Shown: positions 61,809 through 64,000 of the stretch, in pieces
How the letters are laid out: each line of letters begins with the position of its first letter
How positions within the stretch are numbered: the first letter of the stretch is position 1
DNA from: an uncultured delta proteobacterium
GTDB lineage: Bacteria > Desulfobacterota > RBG-13-43-22
Length of the DNA: 64,000 bases
Direction: 5' to 3'
Assembly (NCBI GenBank): GCA_963802945.1
Contig: CAWDKY010000017.1
Span: forward strand, 384,001 to 448,000
The notes under the pieces: model-generated
The model's database searches: none
Seen by the model: the letters and a program-made list of their open reading frames with translations, nothing else
Told to the model about the DNA's origin: nothing
Made by a program: the position numbers and the translations under genes

Positions 61809-63542
61809 TCAGGCCCTGCCCAAATTTTTGGCCTTCTCCAGATATTCAGGTAACCGTTTCCTGATAGCGATCTTATCGTATTTGCCCACACTCGTTTTGG
61901 GTATCTCATCGCAGAAAACAATATAATCGGGCAGCATCCATTTGGCCAGCTTCCCGGTTCCTACACCCTCGGTTTCCAAGTAGTTAAGAAGATCTTCTTC
62001 GCTCTTATTAGCCCCAGGAAGGCATCGGGCCAGACACATGGGCCTCTCTCCCCACTTCTCGTCCGGAACACCCACATAGGTGGCTTCAAGCACAAAGTCG
62101 GCATTACAGGTCAGGTTCTCCAAAAGAACAGTAGGCACCATCTCAGCCCCGCTCCGGATCACGTCCGTTATCCGGTCGACGATGATGATATAGCCCTCCT
62201 CATCGACCTTGGCGGCATCGCCGGTATGAAACCAGCCGTTACGCCAGGCAGTGGTGGTTCTCTCCGGATCCTTGAAGTATTTCTCCATGATCCAGTGGCC
62301 TCTTAAAACGATCTCGCCGATGGTCTCGTTATTGTGGGGGACTTCCTTGCCGTCCTCACCTATGACCCTGGCATCGATGGCCGCCGGATTGGCCAAACCG
62401 GTCTTGACCCTGATCTGATCCAGTTGTTCCTTCGGCCAATCCACCATGTTACGTTTGATAGTCGCACCGATAACTCCGGCCAGGGTCTCCGTCATACCGT
62501 AACCGGAGCCGACGGTGAATTGGGGGAATATTTTTTCGGCCTTGGCCTTCAGGCCCAGAGGCAGGGCGGCTCCACCAGTGCCTACGGTGATCAAACTGCT
62601 CAAATCATATTTGTGAAAGTCCGGATACTCAATGAGCATAGCCAGCATCGTCGGCACCATGGATGTGGCGGTCACTTTTTCCGTTTGCACCAGATCACAG
62701 AAATTCTCAGGGGTGAACCGGCCGGGAAAAACTATTCTGGAGGCCATATAGACATAGGCAAAAGGTGCCTGCCAGGCATGAATATGAAACAGCGGGACAT
62801 TGATCAAAACCACCATGGTGTTGGGGTTCGGTGGCTCATCCGGCAGTCTCGGCAGTAAAAATCGATTGCCCGTCGTGTATAAGGTCTGTAAAAAAAGCTG
62901 TCGATGGGTGAAAAGAGTTCCCTTGGGTAAGCCTGTTGTCCCTGTGGTATAGTAAAGAACGGAATAGGTGTCTTCATTAAAATCGGGCCAATCGAAGTTC
63001 GACGGTTGTTGCTTTAACAGTTCTTCGTATTCATAGAGAGGCTCTATTCTGGTTTTGGGTTTCCCGGGCTTATCGGAAATATAAATGAATTTCTGAACGG
63101 TAGGTTTTATCCGGTCGTAGAGTGCTTCAACCAAGGGCAGGAGGGCATCATCAAAGAAGAGGATTTTGTCTTCGGAATGGGTTATGGTGTAGGCCATGTG
63201 ATCCAAAGAGAGCCGGATGTTGATCGGATGAGACACTGCTCCGGTGCAGGTGGTAGCGTAAATGATTTCCAGGTGCCAGTGGTGGTTGAGGGACATGGTT
63301 GCTACCCGGTCGCCGGGCCGGCCGGGCTTTCCGGGATTGACTCCCAGACTTTTCAAGGCATGGGCCAGACGGCAGGTTCGCTCATGCCACTGCCGCCAGG
63401 TGAATCGGAAATATTTGCCGGCGTCATTTCTGTAAACCACGCCTATATCATCCGGGTATAAAGACAACGGCCTTAAGAAACAATTCTTAAGCAGCAACGG
63501 GTAATGGATGGTGTACTCAGGATAGCTAATTTCCTCTGTCAT
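61809..63542 (-). CDS. Acyl-CoA synthetase (AMP-forming, medium/long-chain or 3-methylmercaptopropionate type)
   Basis: YTTGTTGLPKG, GYGMTE, FHTGD, KWGERP and PKTSVGK motifs. Confidence 0.93.
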   Translation of the reverse strand: MTEEISYPEYTIHYPLLLKNCFLRPLSLYPDDIGVVYRNDAGKYFRFTWRQWHERTCRLAHALKSLGVNPGKPGRPGDRVATMSLNHHWHLEIIYATTCTGAVSHPINIRLSLDHMAYTITHSEDKILFFDDALLPLVEALYDRIKPTVQKFIYISDKPGKPKTRIEPLYEYEELLKQQPSNFDWPDFNEDTYSVLYYTTGTTGLPKGTLFTHRQLFLQTLYTTGNRFLLPRLPDEPPNPNTMVVLINVPLFHIHAWQAPFAYVYMASRIVFPGRFTPENFCDLVQTEKVTATSMVPTMLAMLIEYPDFHKYDLSSLITVGTGGAALPLGLKAKAEKIFPQFTVGSGYGMTETLAGVIGATIKRNMVDWPKEQLDQIRVKTGLANPAAIDARVIGEDGKEVPHNNETIGEIVLRGHWIMEKYFKDPERTTTAWRNGWFHTGDAAKVDEEGYIIIVDRITDVIRSGAEMVPTVLLENLTCNADFVLEATYVGVPDEKWGERPMCLARCLPGANKSEEDLLNYLETEGVGTGKLAKWMLPDYIVFCDEIPKTSVGKYDKIAIRKRLPEYLEKAKNLGRA

Positions 63543-64000
63543 GGTTTGATTCCCCTTTGTTGATATAATTTTTGTTTTTATCGAAAACCTTTCGAGTTGC
63601 CGAGCAGGCCCAAAACAAAATCAGGTCTTCCCAATGATCCCCCGAAACCCTCGAATAAAACAAGAGGAGTATAAGCTGGTTGGGGAAAGGGGGTCAAGGG
63701 TAAAAATAAGGGAAAAATAAGGTAGGAAAATGGGGGAAAAAGAGTTGGGTAAAACAGGATTTGATGTTGACATAAGATGCCCTCTCGATCATACTGCCGT
63801 CTGCTGAAAAAGAATTTGATCGTGTTGTTTAAGTCTAATTTGAAACGTGGAACATCATAAAGACCTTAAAGGCCAGGCCCTCTTATTCCTCCTTTTTCTC
63901 TGGTTTCTCTGGTTCTGCAATCTGGGAGTTCGGGTCATCTTCTCGCCCATTTTACCTTTAGTTGAAGATGAGTTTGCCGTCGGTCATGCCCGGGCCGGCA

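Noticed and set aside
621-63461. Numerous antisense and overlapping ORFs in the six-frame track (e.g. 7347-8108, 8846-9451, 19699-20403, 62334-62858)
   Set aside because: They are shadows of well-supported genes on the other strand or frame, with no motifs or RBS
63880-64000. Possible 3' end of a minus-strand gene at the window edge
   Set aside because: Too short to fix the frame or assign a family

Overview
The window reads as bacterial chromosome with Deltaproteobacteria/Desulfobacterota-like gene order; that taxonomy is inferred from synteny only. 1-33 kb is mostly housekeeping: xerC-hslVU-argBDFGH-lipoprotein-lysA-dapF-dapB, thiE-thiL-thiM, ilvBN-psd-pssA-leuACDB-asd-rsmD-coaD, and LysR-selD-CDF, where selD has an in-frame UGA plus a SECIS-like hairpin. 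Many conserved genes carry single-base frameshifts, most likely sequencing or assembly indels. Accessory DNA comprises: (i) an integrase-less integron-type cassette (MBL-fold gene between two attC sites) at 16.3-17.4 kb; (ii) a decayed ~7.3 kb island at tRNA-Thr(CGT) with an IS30 nested in an IS3; (iii) a second cassette-like locus at 52.9-53.8 kb whose attC was hit by a class C (attC-targeting) group II intron, next to nucleotidyltransferase and AAA/DUF4143 genes. 44.5-63.5 kb is a CoA-dependent catabolic region with two AbfD/HpaB-family flavoproteins that appear to lack the Fe-S cysteine ligands, a relic of a third copy, and a CooC-like ATPase/ferredoxin pair. Intergenic gaps contain a layered repeat system: inverted 7/8-mer tandem arrays, two MITE-like families and REP-like hairpins. 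All calls come from reading the sequence and recalled family motifs; no database search was run.
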